Notes under the pieces: model-generated | Database searches by the model: none | The model's input: the letters and a program-made list of their open reading frames with translations, nothing else | What the model was told of the DNA's origin: nothing | Position numbers and translations under genes: made by a program | Shown here: positions 54,001-64,000 of the stretch, in pieces | How the letters are laid out: each line of letters opens with the position of its first letter | How positions within the stretch are numbered: position 1 is the stretch's first letter | From: Mizuhopecten yessoensis | Lineage: Eukaryota | DNA length: 64,000 nucleotides | Assembly: GCF_002113885.1 (NCBI RefSeq) | Contig: NW_018407426.1 | Span: forward strand, 1,486,908 to 1,550,907 | Reading direction: 5' to 3'

Positions 54001-57000
54001 AATAATGTCAAGACTGGGAACAAATCTAGTTTGACTGATAAGAAATATTGATAGTGTCGATGTATAAAGTGGTTAAAGCATGGTATAAAACAGATTTGAA
54101 CACTGAGATATTTACACCCCGGGTTCCCCTTACAAACTTATTATTAAAGACATCTTGGAACCTAAGCTGTCTAGAATTATTATTACATGAAGTGGCACTT
54201 GAATTTAATCCAGAAATGGTGCAGGGAAATGTTTTGTAATCTTTTATGTAAAAAGTTCGTAATTTTTCTACGCAGATTCTCCACAGTCACAGACACTACC
54301 AATAGGTCGTCAAAATATGGTCGACACCGACGAAGACGGCGGAAACACAGACTCCCTCCTATCAGCCGGGTAAGTCCGCATTCAATGAGTCCCTCCAATT
54401 ATCAGGTTCAATCAGCGGGGCAAGTCCAATACATTTACGGTGTGTCATGTCAATGTCTGCAACAGGGATAAATTGTCATGTTTTCGTGCAAAAATGTGAA
54501 TGGCAGAGCATTGCATTATCTGATGTGTAAAAAATGACAGTTTTTATACAGAAACATTATAGGTTGTAATATTTCGGAGTAGATAACAAGAAATATCTGA
54601 ACAAGAGAAAGTTATCTTGATAACTGCTATATAATAGAGGTAACCTTGGGATAGAACAGTATATAACAGCTACATGGTGATGGGAGTCGTTTTATTACAG
54701 AGGTTCTGATAGGGGGGGGGGGGGGGTATATATCATATAGGTACCTAAGGAAAGGTGGTTGCTAAATCACAAAGAGTCTGGTGTATTTAAATTTGGTTAC
54801 CAGGGAAAGTAAGAGGGGGATCAATAGCGTTGTCAATACTGCCAGTTAACCCTTTTTAGTCGACACTTATTAGCCTACATTGTTTAGTCTACACTATATA
54901 GAGTCAACACTGTCAGTCTACACTGTTCACCTGAAGTGTATATATATATATCTAGGTTGTATCTAGAAAATGAATGTTTTTGCATCCAAGATGGTTCAGA
55001 GGAAGTCCCGTTTGTTATCGGAGCTGTGCAGGTGGTTTGGCCCACAGTCAATACTGCCATCCATCATCAGATATCTTGCACTGTTGCTAATATATAAATA
55101 GATACCTTTATGTTTGTTACACAGGATATAAATAGCCGTAAGATGCTACCTAAGCTTTTCAACTTGAGAAATCTTGAAATCTGTTGAAAGTTCCATCAAT
55201 ATCCTGATAGAAAAGTCAAGTTTGTGATATAATTTGACACTCTGTAAATAGTTCCTCGATCTGTAAAACTCGTCAGGATACAAAGATAAAACAGAAGAAA
55301 AATGGAGGTAAAAAAAACCTTAGATCCTGTTGATGTCCCGCAACTAAACAACTGACTAGTATATTCCCTGTATAAGGTAGCTTTGTTCCCAGCATATGGC
55401 AGTACCAGTTTGTACAGTTGATTAGACTAAAACAACCGGTAAATTAATAAGTTTTATTATATAGGAAAAAGATAAACATCCATGTTACCATGGAAACAGA
55501 ATCAAAACACTGAAGACTACATGCTGCTTGTACTTTCTCCCATGTCTTGTACACCCTGGGAGGATGTTTTCCCTGTTAGGGGTTGATAATGGTACTAAAT
55601 ACTTCTGTCCATAACTTTTGTGATTTATATATTAAGAATGTGGGTTATACAAGTATGTACATTATTCTTCACCTATTGGTGTTTCCATATGGGCTATAGG
55701 TTTGCACTTCACTCTTCAGTCAGCCCATGCAGCAAATTGTCCAGAGCATATCATATACTCTGTCATCTAAAATTGTCAACGAGTCTTCTGTGTCATCTAC
55801 AATTGAGTCTTCTGTGTCATCTAAAATTGTCAATGAGTCTTCTGTGTCATCTACAATTGTCAATGAGTCTTCTGTGTCATCTACAATTGCCAATGAGTCT
55901 TCTGTGTCATCTGAAATTGTCAATGAGTCTTCAGTGTCATCTTAGATTATTGTCAATGAGTCTTCTGTGTCATCTAAAATTATTGTCAATGAGTCTTCTG
56001 TGTCATCTAAAATTATTGTCAATGAGTCTTCTGTGTCATCTAAAATTGAGTCTTCTGTGTCATCTTAAATTGTCAACGAGTCTTCTGTGTCATCTTAAAT
56101 TGCCAATGTGTCTTCTGTGTCATCTAAAATTGTCAATGAGTCTTCCCACTGTATAGAGTTATGGCCCTTACTTGATTTGGGATGTCAAAATTATTCTGGA
56201 GGCGGGTGATTAATACTCATGGTTTTTAATTTTGTTCTGTTTCAGGCATCTTCATTTAGTAGCATAACAGACTCAACTATGTCTCTCAACATCATTACAG
56301 TCACGTTAAATATGGGTAAGTCTGTCACATTTAGTAATCCTATCTCATGTAGTACTCGTAACTGCATACATATTGGTCAAACCTATTGTTCATAAGTAAA
56401 TTACATCTTGGAAAAAAAAAAAAAGGTACTTCTTACCTGAATGACTTCACAACCCGACTGAACATGTATTGATACACTCTTTACTGTAAAACGTGCTGTG
56501 GTATTTTTAATTTTTATTTGTCAAAATAAAATTTGTTCAAATTAAAATTAAATATTTAGAATTAAACTCTACTGATTTTACACTTCATTGAATGGTTGTC
56601 GCACCAGTACTGTTATTATGCTTATCCTGCAATGTATCTGTATATAAAACGATTGATCTGTTTTGTTTTTCAGACACAGTGAATTTCCTTGGTATCAGTA
56701 TTGTCGGTCAGAGTAATAAAGGTGGGGATGGGGGTATATACGTCGGCTCAATAATGAAAGGGTAAGTATCTTGGGAGTGTGTCTCTTACTAATTTACTCT
56801 ATAGAAGGGGGAGAAAGGATGAAAAGGGTTTTAACTTATTAGCATTTTCATGTTCCCCTTACGCAAAGGTAATAAATGTATATATTTGTTTAAAATATTG
56901 AAACAAGTTCAAAATTGATTTGAAAGTCTTAAATACTGATAGAAAGAAGACCCAACACATTAACTATGACAATGGATTTTTTTTGTGAATTTTGTTCCAT

Positions 57001-60000
57001 AAATATAACTGGACTCTAACAAGCTGTATATATGTGATACTGTGTATCTTCTTGGAGGCTAAGTTTAGAGTTAATACTTTGTTCTCAGACACTTATATAG
57101 TATGAAACCATGTTTTTTCCCCAGGGGTGCTGTAGCCCAGGATGGTCGTGTGGAGCCTGGGGACATGATCCTAGAGGTCAATGGGGTCAGTTTCGAGAAC
57201 ATGAGTAATGATGATGCTGTCCGAGCGTTACGGGAAGCTGTCCAAAAACCAGGGTCAGTACTGAAATGGGAAATTTTTGTCCATGTTTCATTTTCAAATT
57301 TGAACATAAGGGATAATTGGGGGGAAAAAACAGAGCGAAAATATCAGATAGAGTTCACAGTATATAGAGTAAGCAGAATTATTATTATATATGGGGAAAA
57401 CATTCTTTGTTGAGTTAATTTGTTTTGAAGGCCAGAGAGTAAAACTTCTTACAGAACAGAATTATTACTGTTTACAGTATGCTTACAAGAATATAAAGCA
57501 TAAAATTTAGCTATATATATTTCAAAGCAAGAATGAAATTAAGTTTCTTCACTTTTGGATGTCCATACATATTTTTTGTTGTAAATTTCAGCTTTTCAGT
57601 GCATTTTAATATCCGAAATTCATAAATTGTGTCAGTTTACCTTTGAAAGAAATAAGCAATATAATAGTTTAGGGAGCTTAACAAACTATTCAGAATTAAC
57701 TGTAAGAAATATCAGTTCCTGAAATGCCCTCTGATTTTATTTGCAGTCCAATTACACTAGTCGTTGCCAAATGTTGGGACCCCAATCCTAAAGGCTACTT
57801 TACAGTCCCTCGACAGGAACCAGTGCGGCCCATCGATCCTTCAGCATGGGTGGCGCACACGACCGCTATGAGGGGGGACTTCCTGTCACGGGGCGGGCCA
57901 AGCCCGTCTCTCAGCAACATGACCTCTACTAGCTCCTCCCTCACTAGTTCTATACCTGAGTCAGAACGTAAGTATTGTAACTCACCAATTATACACTAGT
58001 GTCAGAGCTTGCCAAGAGCGTAAGTATTGTAACTCACCAATTATACACTAGTGTCAGAGCTTGCTAAGAGCGTAAGTATTGTAACTCACCAATTATACAC
58101 TAGAGTCAGAGCTTGCCATTTCGTCATCCAAGTCAGAGCCTCAGTATTTTAACTTGATATAGTTATATACCAAAGTAAGTGGAGAATTTAAACTCACCAG
58201 CGATATGCCAGGGCAGATTGTTAGTATTGTAATTGGCCTGGTTTATAACAGTCTGAGCAGGGTATTGTGTGTAATTCATTTGTATTACAACCAAATTAGA
58301 GCAGAGTCCTATTACCTATTTCTGAGCAGTACATACTTTTTTACATAAAGACAAATCTAGGAGATGCATTTGTGCAGTCTCCACTCTTTCAAGTATTTTT
58401 TGCATTTAGTGGATTATTACATAGCTCTAATCAAAACGTCGTACCAGAAGAGGTTTTTTAAATCGACAAATATTTTGAGGTTATTTTTTTGGTAGAATGA
58501 TTTAACAGATTAAGTGAGAAAGAAAAAAATGAATAAGCTAATGAATAAAATATTTAATTTTAATTCAGACTGCTTATGTAACCTGTTATCTGATGAGACG
58601 AAGAGCACTCATCCTTATAACAAAATTATGGTTTTTTCCAGGATTTGACGATTTAAACCTCACCATTAACACTGATATGGCAACAGTTGTCAAAGCGATG
58701 GCACAACCAGACTCCGGACTGGAAATCCGGGATAGGATGTGGCTCAAAATCACCATACCAAATGCTTTTATAGGTTAGTAACATCAATGTTGGTAGGTTT
58801 TGAATTCACAGTTTAGAATCCTTTGAAATTTTTATCCAGAGTTCTGATAAGAAATAATTATAATCTGAAACTCAGATTTTAGTTTCTAAAAAAAAGATTT
58901 TATAATATTTGAAAAATATCTGTGCAAGGATAAAATTTGTTTGAACACATTTAAAGGTTTAATTTGATGTATTTCATGAGTTTTACATTAAGCATCATTT
59001 GCACATTCGTTAGTCTTGTGAACAATTTTATATATGGAGAGATGTATGACACCTCTCTATATGTAATGGATGATATACACTTTAGTGAAATGCAAATTAT
59101 TGTTCTTACAAATAAATCCTTAAAAGTTGAATATTTTGTATAACATCTACAGACAAATTAGTACAATGTAATAAGAAACCTAGATTACTAGATTATAACG
59201 ATTATGTGACATTGTGTTTTGCAGGTTCAGACTTAGTAGACTGGCTCTTTACACATGTAGATGGGTTTGCTGACCGAAGGGATGCAAGAAAATACGGATG
59301 TAATTTGCTGAAGGCAGGGTACATCCGACACACTGTCAATAAAATCACATTTTCGGAACAGTGCTATTATGTGTTCGGGGATCTCTATGGAAGTAAGTAA
59401 AGCCGAAAAATGAACTTTTCTCCAAACACACCTCAACTTTCATTATTCTTTCGTATCTTCATGACCATTTTTCAAACAAACTTCCATTTTCATTATTCTT
59501 TCATATCTTCATGACCATTTTTCAAACACCCTTCAATTTTCATTGTTCTTTCATATCTTCATGACCAAAAGAATGATCACATAGTTTTGAATTCATCATC
59601 CGTCCTCTAGATGAATGTGTTGTGTAGACTGGTTATCAGTTGAATGTTAACTCATGTTATAGTTGCTGTCTATGACGCTCAGATAAACCGCCGTAACGTG
59701 ACTAGGGGCTTAGTTTGACAGACTTTAACGAGTCACCATAACACAATCAGGGCTGAGTCTTGACTGACTCCTTAAATGCGACAACATGTCACCATAACAC
59801 GACTGTGGCTGAATTTACACTGACTTTTCGACTTTGACAAGTCACCAGAACAAGACTGGGGCTGAATTTTCACTGACTTTTAGACTTTAACAAATCTCCA
59901 GAACACAACTAGGGCTGAGTTTTGACTGACTTTTCGAGTCACCAGAACATGACGAGGGCTGAGTTTGACTGACCTTTCGAGTCACCAGAACACGACTAGG

Positions 60001-62031
60001 GCTGAGTATTGACTGACCTTTCGAGTCACCAGAACACAACTAGGGCTGAGTTTTGACTGACCTTTCGAGTCACCAGAACATGACGAGGGCTGAGTATTGA
60101 CTGACCTTTCGAGTCACCAGAACACGACTAGGGCTAAGTTTGACTGACCTTTCGAGTCACCAGAACATGACAAGGGCTGAGTTTTGACTGACCTTTCGAC
60201 TGTGACAACAACAGGAACATGTTGCTGTGTTTCGCATAAACATGGAATTCAGCTACTACATGATTCATATTTTCTAATTAGCCTTTCTCATATTCAAGGT
60301 CATTCGGCCATCTGAAATGTATGCCCTACTTCATTGAACATTTTGCTCATATTTCATCGTTTCCTTTTTTCTCCATTCCCAATTTTAGATGGACCCGTTT
60401 ATCCAGGTTAGTAAATTCATAAACTCATAGTTACCTCCCCTGTATATATTAATCTGCTGTACTGCTACTAACAAACCATATATATTATACTGTGTATGTC
60501 TGCTTGTCCTCAACTTTTTAAGCTGGAAAAAGGTCTCTTTATCGCTCATGTCAATGTTGAACATGTTCAAATGTCAAGGTCACTGCTTCAGAGGATTGGT
60601 GCTAATACATTATATGACAGGTTGGATTATCCTGTGCCGACAAAAATACTGAATATAAAATTGGTGCTAACAGGTCATTGGTGTTGTGTTTTCAGTACTT
60701 TGGCGACTTGTCAATGTTACGGGTAAATTGTTTTATATTGGATGCAGGTTTACGCTCTGAAAATTTCTGATTGTAAAAATCTCTTGCATGACAAGAAATA
60801 TATTTTGATAAAATACGTTTTATGCACAAGTGTTTTCCTCAGAACGTTGGGAAGCTCAAACATTTCATTTCTCCAAGAAAAGCAGCTAGATACATCAATT
60901 GTCTTTAGCATGATCAGTTCACTATTGCATGTTGCGTACAAAAGTTTCGTGCTCATTTTTCTATGAACCACCAAAATTTCAAAACAAAATCCCAAATCTT
61001 GGTTTTAAATCATGTATAGTCGCTGAATGGACATATTGTACTCTTTTTGATGTTTATAAAAGTATTTTTCTGTGTTTTAATTATGAGGAACAAATCAGAG
61101 ATTTAAATTATTTCTTCAATTTATGTGTACATCTGAAGTATCGTTGTAAATGCATTGTTTTCGCTTGGCTCCAATACCTTGTATCTTTTTTTAGTGCACA
61201 AAAACAGTATTTAAAAATGTATATTAACGTGTGATTTGGTTTCCATTCTTTGAACTTCTCTTCATGAATTAGCAATTAACTTCAACTGAAAGGAATATTA
61301 TGTTTTACAATATCAAAAACATACATTAAAATGACTGCTATAACAGTGAATACATTTGGCGAGTTCATACTGGGGTTAAACAAAAACTCATCTAATAATT
61401 TGCATCTTGTTTATATGGATCCTTTATAGCACCAGTTACTTCTTGGTTATACAGGGGTTAAGTTCTAGTATGATCCAGGAGTACTGGTATGCTTTTGAGT
61501 TTGTATATGACAAAAGAATTGTTCAAAAGAATTTCTAGAATTCCTATCTAACTATAAATTGTGGTTTTGAGTATGTATGGAAAGCATATTTTTCTGGATT
61601 ATAGATTTTGATATATATCAATATATAGTATATATAGTGTATATTGACAGATCTTTAGAGCTTGAAGCTTCTGCGAAATATAAATTAAGTATGGTATATG
61701 TTGAATGATATGTAAGGCTTGAAGCTACTGAAGTATATACAATAGTTGTGGTGTTTGTTGACAGATCTATCAACCTTGAGTCTAGAGGATGTGGACTCGG
61801 TGTCGGAGGCTGACCGTGACACGCTTGCTCCCCTGCCTCCTCCCCACTGGAACAACCAGTATCCCTATGGTAACACCAGTTACTTACCCACCAACCTCAG
61901 CTACATACCGCCCTACAGCTACACCAGTACCGACAGCCAAAGCTACGTGGGAAGCTTCGTGGACGGAATGGACAAGTCGGTGACGGGCGGGGGAGGCAAT
62001 AACAGCGCTGGCAGTGTACACAGTGCATCAG
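20886..62031 (+). CDS. dvl: dishevelled (DIX-PDZ-DEP), 14 coding exons traced, 3' end beyond window
   Basis: [20 protein letters not shown] (DIX), [11 protein letters not shown] (PDZ), [16 protein letters not shown] / [11 protein letters not shown] (DEP); phases consistent; conserved C-terminus not reached. Confidence 0.95.
22513..22600 (+). mobile_element. 5' fragment of a HINE-like element
   Basis: T-run start, short hairpin CCATCATCATCAGATGG, then GTCCGTCGTC and AAACAATTCTTG, similar in layout to the 32275 element. Confidence 0.4.
23108..23177 (+). CDS. dvl: dvl exon 2 (DIX)
   Basis: [23 protein letters not shown]. Confidence 0.95.
23125..23259 (+). repeat. 64-bp tandem duplication of the dvl exon 2 3' part plus donor
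   Basis: TAATTGA at 23125, 23189, 23253; one mismatch between copies. Confidence 0.95.
29907..30406. repeat. 97-99-bp tandem repeat x5
   Basis: GGACTTT/GGACTTTA at 29909, 30006, 30103, 30202, 30300, 30398. Confidence 0.93.
30812..30936 (+). CDS. dvl: dvl exon 3
   Basis: LVPAES...[15 protein letters not shown]. Confidence 0.93.
31689..31768 (+). CDS. dvl: dvl exon 4
   Basis: ANASVV...[11 protein letters not shown]; phase 2 to phase 1. Confidence 0.85.
32275..32915 (+). mobile_element. non-autonomous Helentron/HINE-type element with internal ~145-bp tandem array
   Basis: TTTTTAGCTCACCTG start, 5' hairpin, GTCC microsatellite, about 3 core repeats (32381, 32526, 32670), sub-terminal CAGGTGAGC, 3' hairpin GGCCCATTGGGCC, T-rich target. 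Confidence 0.85.
34305..35030. repeat. 50-bp tandem repeat interrupted by a 396-bp insert
   Basis: TTACCTGGGT at 34361, 34411, 34461, 34511, then 34961, 35011. Confidence 0.88.
41281..41371. mobile_element. TTAA MITE subfamily C
   Basis: CCATTCACCCCTA...GGTAAACGAG TTAA, 83 bp; reverse-complement related to 42855 copy. Confidence 0.65.
42855..42947. mobile_element. TTAA MITE subfamily C
   Basis: TAA CCCATTCACCCCTA...GGGGTGAATGAG, about 85 bp. Confidence 0.65.
43095..43295 (+). mobile_element. tRNA-derived SINE with V-domain-like core (contains an N at 43110)
   Basis: B-box GGTTCGATTCCC; GGTACTCCGGTTTCCTCC; shared 3' region CCAACAAGAGTG...ATATAAGTTGAAAT with the 15.5-kb copy. Confidence 0.75.
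43878..44229 (-). mobile_element. full-length tRNA-derived SINE, Meta/Deu(Nin)-domain-like, (ATT)n tail
   Basis: Minus strand: tRNA head with GGTTCGCGCC, CCTTGAGCAAGATACTTTAC, GGCTGTATGCTCCCCAGGGAGTTGAG, ATT repeats; domain naming from memory of SINE consensus motifs. Confidence 0.7.
44679..45537. repeat. 31/32-bp minisatellite, about 25 copies
   Basis: GTCCAAGTCTGGTCTAACAGTCTGA(T)GGGATG. Confidence 0.95.
47690..48255. repeat. old degenerate ~55-60-bp tandem array
   Basis: Recurring GAGAAAT.AGTTCTC..ACA.TAAAA...GTTTATA. Confidence 0.55.
48840..49290. repeat. degenerate tandem array with CAAGCTTACC core
   Basis: CAAG(C/A)TTACC(A/C/T) recurs about 9 times. Confidence 0.65.
49845..49890. repeat. 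(CAT)n(GTT)n microsatellite
   Basis: Direct reading. Confidence 0.9.
50073..50150 (+). CDS. dvl: dvl exon 5 (78 nt, symmetric phase 1, possibly alternative)
   Basis: Strong pyrimidine tract and AG; [26 protein letters not shown]; G|GTAAGC. Confidence 0.7.
52439..52528. mobile_element. TTAA MITE subfamily B
   Basis: Matches 6967 copy. Confidence 0.8.
52740..52831. mobile_element. TTAA MITE subfamily B
   Basis: Matches 6967 copy. Confidence 0.8.
53412..53535 (+). CDS. dvl: dvl exon 6
   Basis: PRINGH...[22 protein letters not shown]. Confidence 0.92.
53583..53672. mobile_element. TTAA MITE subfamily B (inverted)
   Basis: Intact TIRs and both TTAAs. Confidence 0.85.
54276..54369 (+). CDS. 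dvl: dvl exon 7 (basic region)
   Basis: FSTVTDTT...[16 protein letters not shown]. Confidence 0.93.
55758..56145. repeat. 24/30/33-bp minisatellite, about 13 copies
   Basis: GAGTCTTCTGTGTCATCTAAAATTGTCAAT. Confidence 0.93.
56246..56315 (+). CDS. dvl: dvl exon 8
   Basis: [23 protein letters not shown]. Confidence 0.95.
56674..56761 (+). CDS. dvl: dvl exon 9 (PDZ)
   Basis: [28 protein letters not shown]. Confidence 0.95.
57125..57253 (+). CDS. dvl: dvl exon 10 (PDZ)
   Basis: [19 protein letters not shown]...[15 protein letters not shown]. Confidence 0.95.
57747..57967 (+). CDS. dvl: dvl exon 11
   Basis: [38 protein letters not shown]. Confidence 0.95.
57967..58117 (+). repeat. 52-bp tandem repeat x3 starting at the dvl exon 11 donor
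   Basis: CGTAAGTATTGTAACTCACC at 57967, 58019, 58071. Confidence 0.93.
58642..58773 (+). CDS. dvl: dvl exon 12 (DEP start)
   Basis: [33 protein letters not shown]. Confidence 0.95.
59225..59392 (+). CDS. dvl: dvl exon 13 (DEP)
   Basis: SDLVDWL...RRDARKY...[18 protein letters not shown]. Confidence 0.95.
59420..59567. repeat. 50-bp tandem repeat x3
   Basis: CATT(A/G)TTCTT at 59441, 59491, 59541. Confidence 0.88.
59700..60200. repeat. about 43-bp tandem repeat, about 10 copies, 5' copies diverged
   Basis: GAGTCACCAGAACACGACTAGGGCTGAGTTTTGACTGACCTTTC. Confidence 0.9.
61765..62031 (+). CDS. dvl: dvl exon 14
   Basis: LSTLSL...[12 protein letters not shown]...; CAG|GTAACG. Confidence 0.9.
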
Positions 62032-64000
62032 GTAACGGAAGTGTGGACAAACTCGTGACGCTTGGTCTAACTCACATAACAGCTCATACTGTTACGATGA
62101 ATTTTGAATTTTCAGGACTGTTTGAAATCTTATGTTATAGCAGTATCCCACTGTTAAGTATTACATGGATAGGTATTAGTCTGTTCATTACCCAAATGCA
62201 AGATCAAGTTTTACCCAATATTCCAATGCAGTTCTAGTGTCTCTACCCAGTTCAGGAAATACCTTGTTAAAGTCGGGAAGATTTTAGAATATGGGATACC
62301 ATATTCCTCCACTCAAACTTACTTCTTAGCCTTTAGAAATGACAAGGAGACCGAGGGAATAGAATTACTTTGGGAGCTCTACAGGGCATGGCATAGCGAA
62401 CAGCCTAACCTTGGTTTATCTCTTCTGCAGCTAAATGCTTGGCGTTTCTTTTAGAAGTTTTTGATTTGCTTCATTGACAAAGCTTATATGATGAATATCT
62501 CCTTGAAAACTATACAAGTGCAAACTTTCTGAAATGAGTCCTAGAGCTTTAGTACTTTAGTGTGGGGTGGGGTGACTGTTTACATGCCGATTATTTGTTG
62601 TGAAAACAAATGTCAAAGATAAACCTTCAGGGTATTTGCACAAATTGTGGTACATTTCATATACAAAGGCATTCTATTGAAAAATGAATATTCCTCAACT
62701 GAAACCATTTAAGTGATATAGGGCCATCCAATGAGAACATGCTTTTATGCTTTTATGACTTTTAAGAACGTCTGTACTATGAACTTGTTTCTCAGGATGC
62801 TTCGTGCTAACTCTTGCTATGGATAGACTTGAACTGCATGCTGCTATGTAGTTCAAAAACAAGAACAAGCAAGATTCAGGTGAAATTTGAAATTTAAATA
62901 AACTGATGAAATGAAATTTCTGATTTCTGTCTGAATTGTGACAAGGTGTAGTATTAAGTTGTGGAGAACTTATTAGGTATTCTATGCATGTAAGAGTGTT
63001 TGATGTTTTCTGTCTCCGCATGAAACAGCATCATTATTTCTGTAACTTTCATTTCTAAATGGATGTGATTATCATGATTTACCTGGTATTGTAGATGTGT
63101 AAAAAAAAAATCAGTTCTGAAACGTAATGTTTGTATTCCATAACATATTGATTTAATTTGTAATTAGTTGACATTGCCCTGTCTGCCTTTCCGATATTAC
63201 CACATGGTATTGGACCTTGTATCCCTCTGTCCACACCTTCGGATACCAGAAATCCTACCTAATGGTCTTCCTTGTGTGCTGAAAGTGTGTGTTGTTTCTT
63301 TTCCCCTTAATTTTTTTTCCTTTCCCCAATTTTTTTTTGGTTTTCTTTTTTTCAGTTGTCCAAAAAGATTGTGCATGTATTGTCAGTACATACAATCATT
63401 TGAAAAAACTTTGGGAAAATAAGGATAAACAACAATTCAACCAGCTCCAGCAACAACCAAATTCCATGGTAACCCCATATACGGCCTCCATGGATTTTGC
63501 ATGTTCACGGACCTCCACAGCTAGTTCTGGTTTGTAGTCTTGTTTGTTACCCAGTGCTTCAAGGTCATGACCTCTATAAACTTGCTGCTGTCAAGGTGAT
63601 GACCTTTACACCGGTCGCCATGGCTTTCTCTCTTTTTCCCCTTCAGTTTTTGCCTAATTTGGTGTTGGTGCCTATCTTTGGGTGTTTATTTTTCCATTTC
63701 AATTTGATTTTTGTTTAACGCTGCTTTTCAATTAAAATGCTTGTTGTTTTTGTTGAATTGGGATATTGTGCAATATCTCACACCTTACACAGCACTTGGC
63801 TTTTGATCCGTTGTTACCTGTTGTTTCACATGTTATTAACACAATATATGTTGTATGTACATTGTTATATGAGTCAGTATTACCAAGAGCTTTGCGTTAA
63901 TATACATTGCCTCGGGGAGTTACACTAAATTGTCTTGAGTCGGCTCTGATAAGATGCATGTGCCATACTTACAACAGTATATACTAGCGCTGCTACTTCT

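Noticed and set aside
55620-56156. 178-aa Leu/Cys/His repeat ORF
   Set aside because: Product of the 24-33-bp minisatellite.
61640-61765. Duplicated acceptor (TTGACAGATCT twice)
   Set aside because: Only about 11 nt match and the upstream copy lacks a pyrimidine tract; too weak to claim.

Overview
AT-rich animal genomic DNA. The repeat complement (Helentron/HINE-type element, V- and Meta/Deu-type SINEs) suggests a bivalve mollusc; this is inference. Two multi-exon genes lie head-to-head. (1) A complete mind bomb 2-type E3 ligase on the minus strand: 17 coding exons, 16661->92, all GT-AG with consistent phases, 924 aa, domain order Mib/Herc2-ZZ-Mib/Herc2-REP x2-ankyrins-RING x2. (2) A dishevelled gene on the plus strand: 14 coding exons traced 20886-62031 (DIX, PDZ, DEP), with the C-terminus running off the window. 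The most notable non-coding structures are: a 416-bp miniature LTR retroelement (TG..CA LTRs, PBS, PPT, 4-bp TSD) whose LTRs each carry a tRNA-like Pol III module; repeated tandem amplification of real exon-end/splice-donor junctions in both genes; ten TTAA-type MITEs of near-constant 82-85 bp in three subfamilies; a 115-bp foldback with a 10-bp TSD; and many intronic satellites. Coordinates were read by eye and may be off by a few bases for repeats.
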